Positions 25,061 to 40,496 of a stretch of DNA of 64,000 nt are shown in pieces. The DNA lies in assembly GCA_964016885.1 (NCBI GenBank), contig OZ024742.1:287742001-287806000 (forward strand), in the 5' to 3' direction. Within the stretch, counting starts at the first letter, position 1, and each line of letters starts with the position of its first letter. Below the pieces are notes generated by a model that was not told the DNA's origin, searched no databases, and saw only the letters and a list, made by a program, of their open reading frames with translations. This DNA is from Eledone cirrhosa. Its lineage: Eukaryota. The translations under genes were made by a program, and so were the position numbers.

Positions 25061-26454
25061 TATTTATAATGAGTGGCCCAGCTTATGTTGTTATAGTTAT
25101 TATAATTTTTTTTTTTTCACATGGCATTGCTGTGGGGTTAAGAAGTTTGCTTCAGAACAACATGGCACTTTGGGTGTCTTCAATTAGAGCCACAAGGGAT
25201 GACCAAGCCTTGTTAGTCAATTTGGTAAACAGAAACTGTTAGGAAGCTCATTTATATATATATATATGTGTGTGTGTGTGTTTGTGTATACACGCAATGT
25301 ATATATATATATGCATATGTTTGTGCATGCGTGTATGTATGCAGAAAGTAAATGGAAAACAACAAAACAATACAGTACAATGAAGCTATATATTAGTTTA
25401 ACGTTTGATATAGTAAGAAAAGAGTCTTAACTTTTCGGACGCTAGTCTTTTGTCGGAAGATAGAATGAAAAATAAAAGAAGATAAAATAAAGGAGAATGA
25501 GAAGAGGCAGACCCGGACTTTGGGAGGGGGAGGGGCACGTTTGTGTGTTCAGTCACCCACACACGTGTGTGTGTGTATGTGTACATGTGTGTATATACAC
25601 ATATATGTATGATGTATAAACGCCCCCCGCGCACACACACATGTATATATATGTGTCTTTATAAAGGGCGTCCAACTGTAATAATCATGCCAAAAATGGA
25701 ACGTATGAACAAGACGTTCCATCACCCCCGTTCTCTCTAGTCCCAGACCGTGATAACCCGTCTAACCCATGCAAGCCAAGCATGGAAAACGGACATATGA
25801 CCATGATGCTTTATGGTTTCTACCACTCACCACTCTTTTAATAATGGCTTCTTATTCAGGCACAAGCCAATTTGTGGAGAAAAAAGAGGCGATTAAATCC
25901 ACCCAAGTACTTGACGGGTACTTTATTTTATCGATCTCTGAAGGATGAAAAACAAAGGTGACCTCAGCAGAATTTGAACACAGAATGTAAAGAGACGTAA
26001 CTGAATGCCGCAGAGCATTCTATCCGATGTTCTAACGATTCTACCAAGCCACGATCCTACCCACTCTTAGAATAATAGCAATAATTTCTAATTTAGGCAC
26101 AAGGTCAGCTGTTTGGGAAGAGGCAAATATACAACTTAATCGATCCAGTACTTTTTTATCGACATGACAGACTGAAAGGTAAAATTGACCGTAGTGATAT
26201 TTTAACTCTGAATGTAAAGATCCGAAAAAAATAGCGTAAAGCATTTTGCTAGACGCTCTGACGATTCTGCCTATTTTTAATATAGAAACTATGCGGGGAG
26301 AGGTGACAATAGATTAAATCAACTTTAGTACAGGACTGGTATATATTATCGATCCTGAAAGAATAACGGGCAAAGTCGGCACTGGCGTGATGTAAACTGG
26401 GAATGTAAAGGGCCGTAACTAAACACCATAAGGTTCTTTGTAGTAGTAATAATC

Positions 26455-27460
26455 ATCAGAAGATTATGGGTTCTCTTGTGACGTTCAACTCCGCCAGTTG
26501 CAGACTGCGCATTAACATGTGATATCTCTTTCAACAAAGTTCGATCACCAGCAGCAGAGTTCAAAGAGCAAAGATTAAGTGCGGTCCATGAATTGACATT
26601 ATCAAGCCATCGTTTTGGCTGCCGACTTCTACTTCTCTTACCAGCCAACCTTCCTTCCAGACATAACCTACTCACACCATGAGTTGATCTTTTTATATGG
26701 TCGTATAGTTTGAGTACTCTTGATTTGACAATTGATGTAATTGGTCTAAGTTTGGTAATGTCTCATGATGTGGTTCTGGAATGTAGAGAGCTTCTGAAGT
26801 AACCTTGTCATCCAATTAAACAGCCAAGACAATATAACACAACTGATAGGATGTAAGTATCAAAGATCTTAGCCTTCAAATGGTAGGAAACTCGTTTTGA
26901 TGTTGGTACTTCTTTGTTCTTGTTGAAAGCTGACCAACCTAGAGCGATTCGATATTGCGCAGCCACCATTCCATTGTTTAATGATAGTTTGTGACCGAGA
27001 TATACAAACTCCGTAACTTGAGTAATTTGCTGTTTGGAGATTGGCATTGTTTTTATCAGTTGTCAGACACTTTGGTTTGGAGATGTTGATGTGTAAGCCA
27101 GCCTCCAGCGAATGTTTGGCCAGTACATTCTGAAAGTCTTACAGATCAGTTCGAGAGTAACTCATGATGGCCAGATCGTCTGCATAGCTTTGATAGGATT
27201 TTACCTCCTATTTGATAGCCAGAGGAGCATTCTTCTTCAGTTTGGTAAATAAATGCAGCTATAACTATACAGAAAAGAAGTGCTGATAGTACACCCCCCC
27301 TACTTAACTCCTTTCAAGATGTCTATACAGCGTGTAGTTCCTAAGTCTGTTTTGATATATGCTGTTGAGTTGCTGTAAGTTTCTTTCAATAGGTTGATGT
27401 ATTTTTTGTCAATTGAGGTCTTGTTTAAGAGTTGCCACAAGCTGGGTAGTTTCACATTGT
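26455..27460 (-). mobile_element. Decayed RTE-clade reverse transcriptase fragment
   Basis: YADDLA at about 27170-27187, V.EFVYLG, LEGRLAGKRSRSRQPKRWLDNV. Confidence 0.8.
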
Positions 27461-28231
27461 CAAAAGCTTTTGCAAAATCAAAGGAGGAAGAGCAGCAATC
27501 CTGACTTTTGTAGGACGTCTTTGGTTGCTAGGAGGGAAAATAACCTTTTTGGCATGGTCTCTGCAAATGCGTGTCCTTCCTATCTCCAACTGTACTATAT
27601 ATATAAATGTCTGTCTCGAGCCCACATCAGGCCGGTACATATCCCAGTTTCCGTGGCGTGAGCGGCTGAGAGTACAAGACTCCCCACTGGACATGACGCC
27701 AATCCATCGCAGTGTTAAACCCCCCAGCTATTGTTGGTACTCATTTTCAGCTGAGTATACTGGAGCATCGTGAAATGAAGTGTTTTGCTCAAGAACACTA
27801 CACACAAGCCAGTCGAGGAATCGAACTCACGGTATTATGACAAGTTTTCTTAAATGAACTACTGTACTCTGTCAACACCCTTACCACTAGGCCACGCGAG
27901 AGACGAGGAAAGATGTGAATCATAGTATCGAAAATGGAAGAAATAAATGGAAATGATATAAGACAGGATATGGAAATGAGTCCAGATTTGGAAAGAGAAG
28001 AGAGCGAAAAATTATCTTAAGTGGTCATTTATGGTTATATTAAACTACAACAACATATGACGTAAGATAAGAGGGTATTCTTATAAGAGTTATAAATCCG
28101 TTTATTGTAATTTTACTTCAAGTATATCTCGCTAAAAATAGAAGCTAGTTATTCTTTCTTCCTTAGTCCTTGGATATTAACCAATAGAAAATATGTGTGG
28201 GAAAGTACTACTGCACTTTGGGAAGGTGTAT

Positions 28232-28295
<64 letters not shown>

Positions 28296-28430
28296 TTCCA
28301 CAAACCATACTTGGGGACCAAACCATACTTGGGGAAGCGTTTCACCTATCGGATTTTCAACCCGTATACCGAACTCATCCTCTGGACTGAGTGCTCTACT
28401 TACTACGGATATAACCTCCCGGTTTTTTTA

Positions 28431-28508
<78 letters not shown>

Positions 28509-28511
<3 letters not shown>

Positions 28512-28964
28512 AAAGTTATATTTAAATTGTTGGGTTACAACTAGTAAATATTTATAACTGATATAAAAGCACTCAACAAGTATTTGGAGTATATTTACGA
28601 TATTAAATAAATGGAAACTATATTTATAAAACCATATTTATTTCATTATATATATTTCAGGGATATCATATTAACAATATGCTATGCCTTCCTCAGACAA
28701 AATACAATATAGACAGTTTTATAGATAAATAGATTTGACATACCGTTCAACATCGACTTGTATTTGAAAAGTTGATTTGCCAAATCAACTTTTCAAATAC
28801 AAGTCGATGTTGAACGGTATGTCAAATCTATTTATCTATAAAACTGTCTATATTGTATTTTGTCTGAGGAAGGCATAGCATATTGTTAATATGATATCCC
28901 TGAAATATATATAATGAAATAAATATGGTTTTATAAATATAGTTTCCATTTATTTAATATCGTA
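28509..28964 (-). mobile_element. Fold-back hammerhead element in (TA)n (184-bp arms 28596-28964, centre 28780, plus tail)
   Basis: Essentially perfect palindrome with a 1-nt spacer; hammerhead in each arm; tail hairpin at 28568-28590. Confidence 0.8.
28848..28928 (+). ncRNA. Type-I hammerhead ribozyme motif (AUA site at 28913); mirror copy on minus strand 28632-28712
   Basis: tattttgt CTGAGGA agg[catagcatattgttaatatgatatc]cct GAAAT atat ATA atgaaata; stem I fully paired including GU pairs. Confidence 0.7.
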
Positions 28965-30396
28965 TATATATATATATATATATGATGTGAGGCGGAGCAT
29001 AGTTAGATGCTGTTAAACAGCAATGTCGTCATAACACATGCGATGTGTCTCGTGCTAACGACCGTTGACAATCAGTGTATCCAATTCCTGGAGACAGTCA
29101 TGAATCAATGCTACAGAAATAATTACAGACACTAACACTACGTGCACATAGGAAGGTAGGCAGGCAGGCAGGCAGGCACACACACACACGCACACATGCA
29201 CACGCACACGCACACACACACACACACACACCTACTGTTAGTCTTTACGTTTAATGAGTTCGGGTATTTGAACAAAATAATATGGCGGGCCCTGGTCTTA
29301 GTTCGAGAAAGTGCGGCATAAGCTTAATTCTATCTTTAAAGCTACTTTTTAATGAAATGTTATTATACGGAACCGCTCTATCGAAGATTTCTTTGCGAGA
29401 AAACAGGTTAGAGTTTCTGTTGATGTGATTGCCCAGAGTTATTAAGACTATGGATCGGTAGACTTAGTGTTAACATTGGTGAATCATATAATGGGTTTGT
29501 TATAGAGCTTATATGTGTTAGTGTCTACTATAGGTCTCATCTATGTCCTAGTCTAAAGTCTGTCTCAAGCCAGGTGGCTTGTCAGGCCAGTGGTTATCCA
29601 GGTTCCGTAACGTGAAACGGCTGAGAGTACAAGACTACCTATACCCCGCCCCACTGAATAGGATGCCAGGCCATCGCAGGTACCCATTTTCAGTTGAGTA
29701 TAATGGAGCAACGTGAAATTAGGTGTTTTGCTCAAGAACGCAACACGCAAACACACAATCCAGCCCATGAATCGAATCCACGACATTGCAACCATAAATC
29801 TAACACTCTTACCCAGACCTGCCAACCTCTAAAAACCCAAACGGGGAGTACCATGAAAAAAAGTGCCCGAAAATGAGGAGAAATGAGGCAAAATGGAGAG
29901 ATTTTACATAATTGTTTCTACTATTGGCACAAGGCCAGCAATTACCCAGTACATTACTGGTACTTTATTTTATCGACCCTGTAAAGATGAAAGGCAAAGT
30001 TAACCTCGGCGGGATTTGAACTCAGAATGGCAAGGGCCGTAACTCTATGCGTCAAAGCATGGCGTCCGACCCTCTACCGATACTGCCAATTCACCGCCCC
30101 TACATAATGAAAGCTATACCCATTTCCACAAGAGAAGACATCTCTCACCCACTCCAAATGCTATTGCAAAACTTCCCGTCGGACGGGGAGAGTTGACAGG
30201 TCTGCTTCCCACTAGGCCACGCACCTCCACGATGTCTAATGTAAGGGTGACATCTAAAAAAGTTTTAAGCTAGTGGTTATATGTATCCTATGAAATCTAC
30301 CTTTAAATCATAAAACTATAAGGCCGTACTGATTACTCTGGAAGTAGTTTGAGTAAAATAAGAAGAATCACTGAAAAAATATTAGGATTGTTTAAA

Positions 30397-30462
<66 letters not shown>

Positions 30463-31016
30463 TTTGGATATCCGCCGGTTTCGATGACGAGTGTTTCAGT
30501 TGAACGGAAAAGCCTGCTTGAGGAATTAAAGTGCAGAGGGCTGAACGTTCAACAGACACGTGTACCTTTAACGTAGTTCTCAGGGAGATTCAGTGTGACA
30601 CAATGGCCATTTACAATTACAAGTACATCTCATTTTGTCAGCTGAGTGGACTGAAGTAATGTGATATTATCGTATCTTGTTCCAAGGACACAACATGTCG
30701 TCCTCAATTGAAATCCTGGCCTTACGATTGTGAGCCGAACACCCTAGCCTCAAAACCTCGCTCCTTCACAGAGAGAGAAGTAACTATATGCATAACTCAG
30801 ACAGAAAAAAAACGATGTAATTGTTAAAGTTACTCTCGGGTCCCAAATAATATGGGGTGGGGGGTTAAGCTGGATTGGAATAAGCTGTGGTTGAGGTTGT
30901 AAAATCGGTAATTTTCCTAGGTTGTCTACGTTGATTTTTTTAAAAACGAGAATTAATCGTTTAACTTACATATTGAGACACCAATATTTATTTTATAACG
31001 TATGGGATTTCTAGTA

Positions 31017-31102
<86 letters not shown>

Positions 31103-32179
31103 GTCATGCATAATGTTTTTTAATGTATAAAGAAAATTAAAATAAAATTTCGCTGGAGATAGATTAGCAAAATTTAATAAGTGGGATTGGAATAAGAGTG
31201 GGGTGGTGGAAAAAAATCTGAAATATTAATAAACGGTGGGGGTGAGGGCGATATTTTGAGACCTGAGAGTACATTGGCAAAAAAATATGGATGCGGAGTA
31301 ATGGTGTAGGATTTATTTCATCATTCTGGTGGAAACATTTTATATCGGTAAAAACGCTTTGAATCGACAATCATCATAGTTATTACAACCATCTCATCGT
31401 CTTTGTCGTTTTCATCGCCTCATCTTCTCACAGTCGTCGTCATTATCATCGTCATTATTATCCCGTGTAGTCGTTGTCATAATGATTATCATAATTGTTT
31501 CTATTTTGGGCACAAGGCCAGCAATTATCCCAGTGCATTACTGGTACTCTATTTTATGGACCCCATAAGGATGAAAGGCAAAATTAAACTCGGCGGGATT
31601 TGAACTCAGATCATAAAGGGACGTAACTCTATGCTTCAAAGCATGGTGTCCGACTCTGTACCGATACTGCCAATTATCCTAATAGTCATTGTCAACGCCC
31701 CATTATCGTGGGTGTCGTCATCATCATCTTCGTCTTGTTGTCATCGTCGTCATCGTCTTGTCCCCATCGTCTCATCACTGTCATCATCATCCTCTTGTCT
31801 TCATCATTGTCGTCGTCATCATCATCATAATCATCGTTGTAGTCATCATTATGATGGTGGATTGGCAGTATCGGTAGAGGGTCGGACGCCATGCTTTGAC
31901 GCATAGAGTTACGGCCCTTTCCATTCTGAGTTCAAATCCCGCCGAGGTCAACTTTGCCTTTTATCCTTACGGGGTCGATAAAATAAAGTACCAGTAATGT
32001 ACTGGTTAATTGCTGGCCTTGTGCCAAAAGTAGAAACAATTATGATGAACATCATAGTCATTGTCGTCATTCTCATCGTTAACATCATCATCAACATTGT
32101 CGTCGTCGTCTTCCCATCGTCTCGTCATTATCACCATCGCCATCATCATAATCGACGTTCTTTTCAATCATCACTTTTA

Positions 32180-35100
32180 CAGCTATGTTGAGAGACATCA
32201 GCTACGTTGGGAGAGATCAGCTATGTTGAGAGACATCAGCTACGTTGAGAGACATCAGCTATGTTGAGAGACATCAGCTACGTTGAGAGACATCAGCTAC
32301 GTTGGGAGAGATCAGCTATGTTGAGAGACATCAGCTATGTTGAGAGACATCAGCTATGTTGAGAGACATCAGCTACGTTGAGAGACATCAGCTATGTTGA
32401 GAGACATCAGCTATGTTGAGAGACATCAGCTACGTTGAGAGACATCAGCTACGTTGGGAGAGATCAGCTATGTTGAGAGACATCAGCTACGTTGAGAGAC
32501 ATCAGCTATGTTGAGAGACATCAGCTATGTTGAGAGACATCAACTATGTTGAGAGACATCAGCTACGTTGAGAGACATCAGCTATGTTGAGAGACATCAG
32601 CTATGTTGAGAGACATCAGCTATGTTGAGAGACATCAGCTATGTTGAGAGACATCAGCTACGTTGAGAGACATCAGCTATGTTGAGAGACATCAGCTATG
32701 TTGAGAGACATCAGCTATGTTGAGAGACATCAGTTATGTTGAGAGACATCAGCTATGTTGAGAGACATCAGCTATGTTGAGAGACATCAGCTATGTTGAG
32801 AGACATCAGCTACGTTGAGAGACATCAGCTATGTTGAGAGACATCAGCTATGTTGGGAGACATCAGCTATGTTAAGAGACATCAGCTATGTTGAGAGACA
32901 TCAGCTACGTTGGGTGACATCAGCTATGTTGAGAGACATCAGCTATGTTGAGAGACATCAGCTATGGTGAGAGACATCAGCTATGTTGAGAGACATCAGC
33001 TATGTTGGGTGACATCAGCTATGTTGAGAGACATCAGCTATGTTGAGAGACATCATCTATGTTGAGAGACATCAGCTATGTTGAGAGACATCAGCTACGT
33101 TGAGAGACATCAGCTATGTTGGGAGACATCAGCTATGTTGAGAGACATCAGCTATGGTGAGAGACATCAGCTATGTTGAGAGACATCAGCTATGTTGGGT
33201 GACATCAGCTATGTTGAGAGACATCAGCTATGTTGAGAGACATCATCTATGTTGAGAGACATCAGCTACGTTGGGAGACATCAGCTACGTTGAGAGACAT
33301 CAGCTACGTTGAGAGACATCAGCTACGTTGGGAGACATCAGCTACTTTGAGAGACATCAGCTATGTTGGGTGACATCAGCTACGTTGAGAGACATCAGCT
33401 ATGTTGAGAGACATCAGCTATGTTGAGAGACATCAGCTATGTTGAGAGACATCAGCTACGTTGAGAGACATCAGCTATGTTGAGAGACATCAGCTATGTT
33501 GAGAGACATCAGCTATGTTGAGAGACATCAGCTATGTTGAGAGACATCAGCTATGTTGAGAGACATCAGCTATGTTGAGAGACATCAGCTACGTTGAGAG
33601 ACATCAGCTATGTTGAGAGACATCAGCTACGTTGAGAGACATCAGCTACGTTGGGAGACATCAGCTATGTTGAGAGACATCAGATACGTTGAGAGACATC
33701 AGCTACGTTGAGAGACATCAGTTATGTTGAGAGACATCAGCTATGTGGGAGACATCAGTTATGTTGAGAGACATCAGCTACGTTGAGAGACATCAGCTAC
33801 GTTGGGAGACATCAGCTATGTTGAGAGACATCAGCTACGTTGAGAGACATAAGCTACGTTGAGAGACATCAGCTACGTTGAGAGACATCAGTTATGTTGA
33901 GAGTCATCAGCTATGTTGAGAGACATCAGCTACGTTGAGAGACATCAGCTATGTTGAGAGACATCAGCTATGTTGAGAGACATCAGCTATGTTGGGAGAC
34001 ATCAGCTATGTTGAGAGACATCAGCTATGTTGAGAGACATCAGCTACGTTGGGTGACATCAGCTATGTTGAGAGACATCAGCTATGTTGAGAGACATCAG
34101 CTATGTTGAGAGACATCAGCTATGTTGAGAGACATCAGCTATGTTGGGAGACATCAGCTATGTTGAGAGACATCAGCTATGTTGAGAGACATCAGCTACG
34201 TTGAGAGACATCAGCTATGTTGAGAGACATCAGCTATGTTGAGAGACATAAGCTATGTTGGGAGAGATCAGCTATGTTGAGAGACATCAGCTACGTTGAG
34301 AGACATCAGCAACGTTGAGAGACATCAGCTATGTTGAGAGACATCAGCTATGTTGAGAGACATCAGCTATGTTGAGAGACATCAGCTATGTTGGGAGACA
34401 TCAGCTATGTTGAGAGACATCAGCTATGTTGCGAGACATCAGCTACGTTGGGAGACATCAGCTATGTTGAGAGACATCAGCTATGTTGAGAGTCATCAGC
34501 TATGTTGGGTGACATCAGCTATGTTGAGAGACATCAGCTATGTTGAGAGACATCAGCTATGTTGAGAGACATCAGCTATGTTGAGAGACATCAGCTACGT
34601 TGGGTGACATCAGCTATGTTGAGAGACATCAGCTATGTTGAGAGACATCAGCTATGTTGAGAGACATCAGCTATGTTGGGAGACATCAGCTATGTTGAGA
34701 GACATCAGCTATGTTGGGTGACATCAGCTATGTTGAGAGACATCAGCTATGTTGGGAGACATCAGCTATGTTGGGAGACATCAGCTACGTTGGGTGACAT
34801 CAGCTATGTTGAGAGACATCAGCTATGTTGAGAGACATCAGCTATGTTGGGTGACATCAGCTATGTTGGGTGACATCAGCTATGTTGGGAGACATCAGCT
34901 ATGTTGAGAGACATCAGCTATGTTGAGAGACATCAGCTATGTTGAGAGACATCAGCTACGTTGAGAGACATCAGCTATGTTGAGAGACATCAGCTACGTT
35001 GAGAGACATCAGCTATGTTGAGAGACATCAGCTATGTTGAGAGATATCAGCTATGTTGAGAGACATCAGCTACGTTGAGAGACATCAGCTATGTTGAGAG

Positions 35101-36358
35101 ACATCAGCTATGTTGAGAGACATCAGCTACGTTGAGAGACATCAGCTACGTTGGGAGACATCAGCTATGTTGAGAGACATCAGCTACGTTGAGAGACATC
35201 AGCTATGTTGAGAGACATCAGCTATGTTGAGAGACATCAGCTATGTTGAGAGACATCAGCTACGTTTAGAGACATCAGCTATGTTGAGAGACATCAGCTA
35301 TGTTGAGAGACATCAGCTATGTTGAGAGACATCAGCTATGTTGAGAGACATCAGCTACGTTGAGAGACATCAGCTATGTTGAGAGACATCAGCTATGTTG
35401 AGAGACATCAGCTATGTTGAGAGACATCAGTTATGTTGAGAGACATCAGCTATGTTGAGAGACATCAGCTATGTTGAGAGACATCAGCTATGTTGAGAGA
35501 CATCAGCTATGTTGAGAGACATCAGCTACGTTGAGAGACATCAGCTATGTTGAGAGACATCAGCTATGTTGGGAGACATCAGCTATGTTAAGAGACATCA
35601 GCTATGTTGAGAGACATCAGCTACGTTGGGTGACATCAGCTATGTTGAGAGACATCAGCTATGTTGAGAGACATCAGCTATGGTGAGAGACATCAGCTAT
35701 GTTGAGAGACATCAGCTATGTTGGGTGACATCAGCTATGTTGAGAGACATCAGCTATGTTGAGAGACATCATCTATGTTGAGAGACATCAGCTATGTTGA
35801 GAGACATCAGCTACGTTGAGAGACATCAGCTATGTTGGGAGACATCAGCTACGTTGAGAGACATCAGCTACGTTGGGAGACATCAGCTACGTTGAGAGAC
35901 ATCAGCTAAGTTGAGAGACATCAGCTACGTTGGGAGACATCAGCTACGTAGAGAGACATCAGCTATGTTGGGTGACATCAGCTACGTTGAGAGACATCAG
36001 TTATGTTGAGAGACATCAGCTATATTGAGAGACATCAGCTATGTTGAGAGACATCAGCTACGTTGAGAGACATCAGCTATGTTGAGAGACATCAGCTATG
36101 TTGAGAGACATCAGCTATGTTGAGAGACTCCAGCTATATTGAGAGACATCAGCTATGTTGAGAGACATCAGCTATGTTGAGAGACATCAGCTACGTTGAG
36201 AGACATCAGCTATGTTGAGAGACATCAGCTATGTTGAGAGACATCAGCTATGTTGAGAGACATCAGCTATGTTGAGAGACATCAGCTATGTTGAGAGACA
36301 TCAGCTATGTTGGGTGACATCAGCTACGTTGAGAGACATCAGCTACGTTGGGTGACAT
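32180..36358. repeat. 19-bp minisatellite array, about 220 units (CAGCTATGTTGAGAGACAT)
   Basis: Direct 19-nt periodicity; variants tat/tac and gaga/ggga/ggtg. Confidence 0.97.
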
Positions 36359-38289
36359 TTTATTCTGGACAATGATAGTAGATGTACGACGAAGTGATGA
36401 AAACATCTTCTTTGCCCATTTATTCCTGAGAGGGTCATGAATACTTCCAGCAGATCCTGTCAGAAGCAACCGGCTCCAATTGATCTGGATTGACCCCCAT
36501 CGAGGCCAGCCAAGCACATGGATGTTATCTGATATTTATTTTGATATTTAATAGCAACAGAACTGAATGATTAGACTGAACTGAACTAGAAGTTAGAATC
36601 ATTTCATACTGACTGAGTTCTACATTTTCTTTGTGATAATACATTTTGATAAATAGAAAGTATTATGTATATATTTATGGCAACAATTATTTGATGAAAG
36701 TAACCAAATCGCATAACTGCTGAAATTGTTTGAGTGGTCGAGATAATATATTTGAAAGTTTGTTATTGGCAGACGTTCCATAAAACAAACAAGAAAATTT
36801 TCTTTCCAGAAGATCAAAAGTCGTCTGCAACTTCAAGAAATTGATTTTTCCAAATATCCAGGACTTTAAGCAACGGAACAAAATTTTCAAAATAAATATT
36901 TGACAGACTGATTCAGTTTTGATTGTGTGCATGCACCAAAAATATGAGTCATATTCATATGCAAAGAAATTTCAACACAACTACAGTTTTCTAACCGTGA
37001 CTATCCCGTCCCTTAAACCCTGACGCTAAACCTAAACTATAAACCCGAACCTTAACCCCTTACTCTGTCTTTCATTTTTCATCGATGGAGATGATGGGCT
37101 GTCCTGTCATGTGTTGTGCGGATCCGATTAAGGGACACCCATTGCTTATGGGAAAGTCAAAGCCGGCTGCTTTAGTTTCGCCTGCTTATCAGGGTCATCA
37201 GATGTCTAATGACCATGTGATAAACAGGCGAAGAAAACGGCTAATTGAACAGGGATTTTGAGACTAGAAATAGGTAGTAGCTTAACCACTACCATGCTAG
37301 TCGATACATCGATCTCCCACGATCAATCGATCCTCTGAAACAATCGTAAAACAATGAACTAACTACCTACGTCTGACTTTTGTCTTTTTTTTTCATTGTT
37401 CTAGGCACAAACAGAGAGAGAGGGGTGGGGGTAAACATACAAACAAAATTTACAAACATTATGTGGATTGGCAGTATCGGTAGAGGGTCGGATTCCATGC
37501 TTTGACGTATAGAGTTACGGCCCTTGCCATTCTGAGTTCAAATCCCGCCGAGGTTAACTTTGCCTTTCATTCTTACGGAGTCGATAAAATAAAGTACCAG
37601 TAATGCTCTGGGTAATTGCTGGCCTTGTGCCAAAAGTAGAAACAATTATTTACCATTCAAAGGGCGGTGGATTGGCAGTATCGGTTGAGAGTCGGATACC
37701 ATGCTTTGAAGCATATAGTTACGTCCCTTTATGATCTGAGTTCAAATCCCGCCGTGGTTAACTTTGCCTTTCATTTCAAGATAATAAAAAAAGTATAACA
37801 AAAATAAATAACTGAATAAATGAAGTAGCTGAAAAAATATGGCGAGAAACTGAAGTCATAGCCGCAGTACAAATATTGAAATGAAAACGAAACGCGCCTC
37901 AGTGGTCGGTTTTAAGACCCAGTCCGCTTCTGAAGTTATGTATATGAAACCACTTGTGTAAACTGAGCTTGCAGTCGAATAAAATGAAATGTACTCCGAA
38001 TTATTCAGGTTGATGTAGACAATGTTGATTGATTATGACACCAGTCTAAAGTAGTTCCGCTTAGTTTCTTAAGGGGGTGGGGATAGACTGTGGTGGGATG
38101 TAGTGTGGTGTGTAATCAGTGCAACATTATATCTGATGTTTTGAAAATTCGCTTACGTATGCATGTTTTCTCAAATATGCTTCTATGTGTATGTATAAGC
38201 ACGTATGTGAGGGGCGACAGGAGATAAATACTTGTTTAAAATGCTAACAACTGCACTATCTATCTATATAGTAAACACATATACACAAA

Positions 38290-38324
<35 letters not shown>

Positions 38325-38384
38325 ACAATGAATACAAAGACGAAATCCGAAGAGGGCTCGATAAGGATAGTATATATATATATG

Positions 38385-38468
<84 letters not shown>

Positions 38469-38567
38469 CCGTAGAGCAAATATTTATTATTAGTACAGAT
38501 TGAAGTTTAAGCGAAGAATTTCTGCTTTCACCCTAAACGGGATCTTCTGAAACTCTAATATATATAT

Positions 38568-38652
<85 letters not shown>

Positions 38653-39827
38653 ATAAATTTGAAGACTAAAATCCTGTCTTCCTCCGACTGCAACGTTTTT
38701 TGAAATATTCACTTCTGCGTTCACAGATTGACTTTTTATCAGCTCCAAATAATTGTTTCTACTTTTGGCACAAGGCCAGCAATTACCCAATGCATTACTG
38801 GTACTTTATTCTATCGACCTCGGAAGGATGAAAGGCAAAGTTATCAGCTCCAAATAATGTAATTTGAAATGCTGAAATGTATTTTTAAGGTAACTATAAA
38901 AATGTTTCGTTTCTGAAATATTATGGAAAAATTCAGGAGGTTCTTGTAATATTGGTTGACTGTCTCCTCGGCAGCATAACTCGAGCGTTTCAGCAGGCTA
39001 TTTCTTTCCTGGCACCATAAAATTGACAATATATGCTTATTTGTTTACCAACAGTAAACAAATAGGTCTGGAGAAGACCTTTCAAATGATGACCTCACTG
39101 AAGTTTCCGAAGAAAAAAACAATGAAAACATAAAACATAAAAATGGAAAGAAAAAGAAAAAAAAACGATAAACCACGTGTATGTCTAAGCCAGTGCGGGC
39201 CTGTCAACTCTCCCCGTCGGACGGGGAGATCTCCCACCCACTTTGGGGTGAGTGAGAGATGTTTTTTTCCCTTGTGAAAATGGGTATAACTTTCATTATG
39301 TAAAAATCTCCACATTTTGCTTCATTTCTCCCCGTTTGGGTTTTAGAGGTTGGCAGGTCTGTGATGAGTCATTTCTTGTGATTGAGAGGAGATTCGGGTG
39401 TTCTTCTCTCACATAATTTTTCAATATGGTGCTACAGTGATCATACACATGATGTCCGGCTCTTTACAGATTTTTCTTCACATTCATTATGCTCTCCACA
39501 TTTTTCCATATTTCTTTATTCGTTCATTTCAGATGAAGGACTCCAGTCCAAAAGAATACAAACATTTCTATTCTATTTTAGTCTCTTCAAGCGTTAAACT
39601 CATACTATTCTAACTGTATTTTGTATCCTGTATTTGCTGTATTTTCTATTGACTTTTCATTAAATAATCCACACTTACGCAGATATGATCTTAATTCGAT
39701 TTTTGGAATTCAAGTTCGGAATATCACCCAGATTATACTGGATACTTTTTCATTGACTTTTCCAATCTCTTTGTCTCTGTCTCTCTTTACATTTGCTCTC
39801 ACTCTCTCAAACACATTAACTGTGAGT

Positions 39828-39946
<119 letters not shown>

Positions 39947-40042
39947 TGAAATCTGATTTTACATATCTCTATACCTACTCTGCATTTCCCCATACATTCA
40001 GTACTCCCATGATTAATGGTCTCTCCGGTCTCAGCACCGCAG

Positions 40043-40163
<121 letters not shown>

Positions 40164-40451
40164 AAATAACGAAACGAAATTAAATTTCGTTTCGTTTGTA
40201 ACTCACTTTTGTATGACTGACGCTTAAACAATTAAGTTAAAGATGTACATCCATATATGTATACTGAAATACTAGTATGTATATGAATACACACACGTAT
40301 ACATATGTAGATGTACCAAGTTTTTTCACTGGTCACTTTACTGTGAGTGGCCAGCTATTCTGTATGTAAACACACAGACAAACCGGTTTTTAGAGTCATA
40401 CTGGTTTTTGATGATACACCTTTCCTCTATTCTCCAGAAAGCCAGACAAGG

Positions 40452-40496
40452 AATATTGAACTAGTTTCGTTGTTGTTACAACTCATCAGCAATATT
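40452..40496 (-). ncRNA. Mirror copy of the minimal hammerhead ribozyme
   Basis: Exact reverse complement of 40802-40846. Confidence 0.8.

Noticed and set aside
32180-36358. CRISPR-like array
   Set aside because: Contiguous tandem 19-mers without unique spacers, no cas genes, eukaryotic context.
39525-39600. Hammerhead-like CAGATGAaggac..gtccAAAA, and a related copy at about 25420-25460 on the minus strand
   Set aside because: Core nucleotides are mutated in both; probably dead relics, not called as ribozymes.
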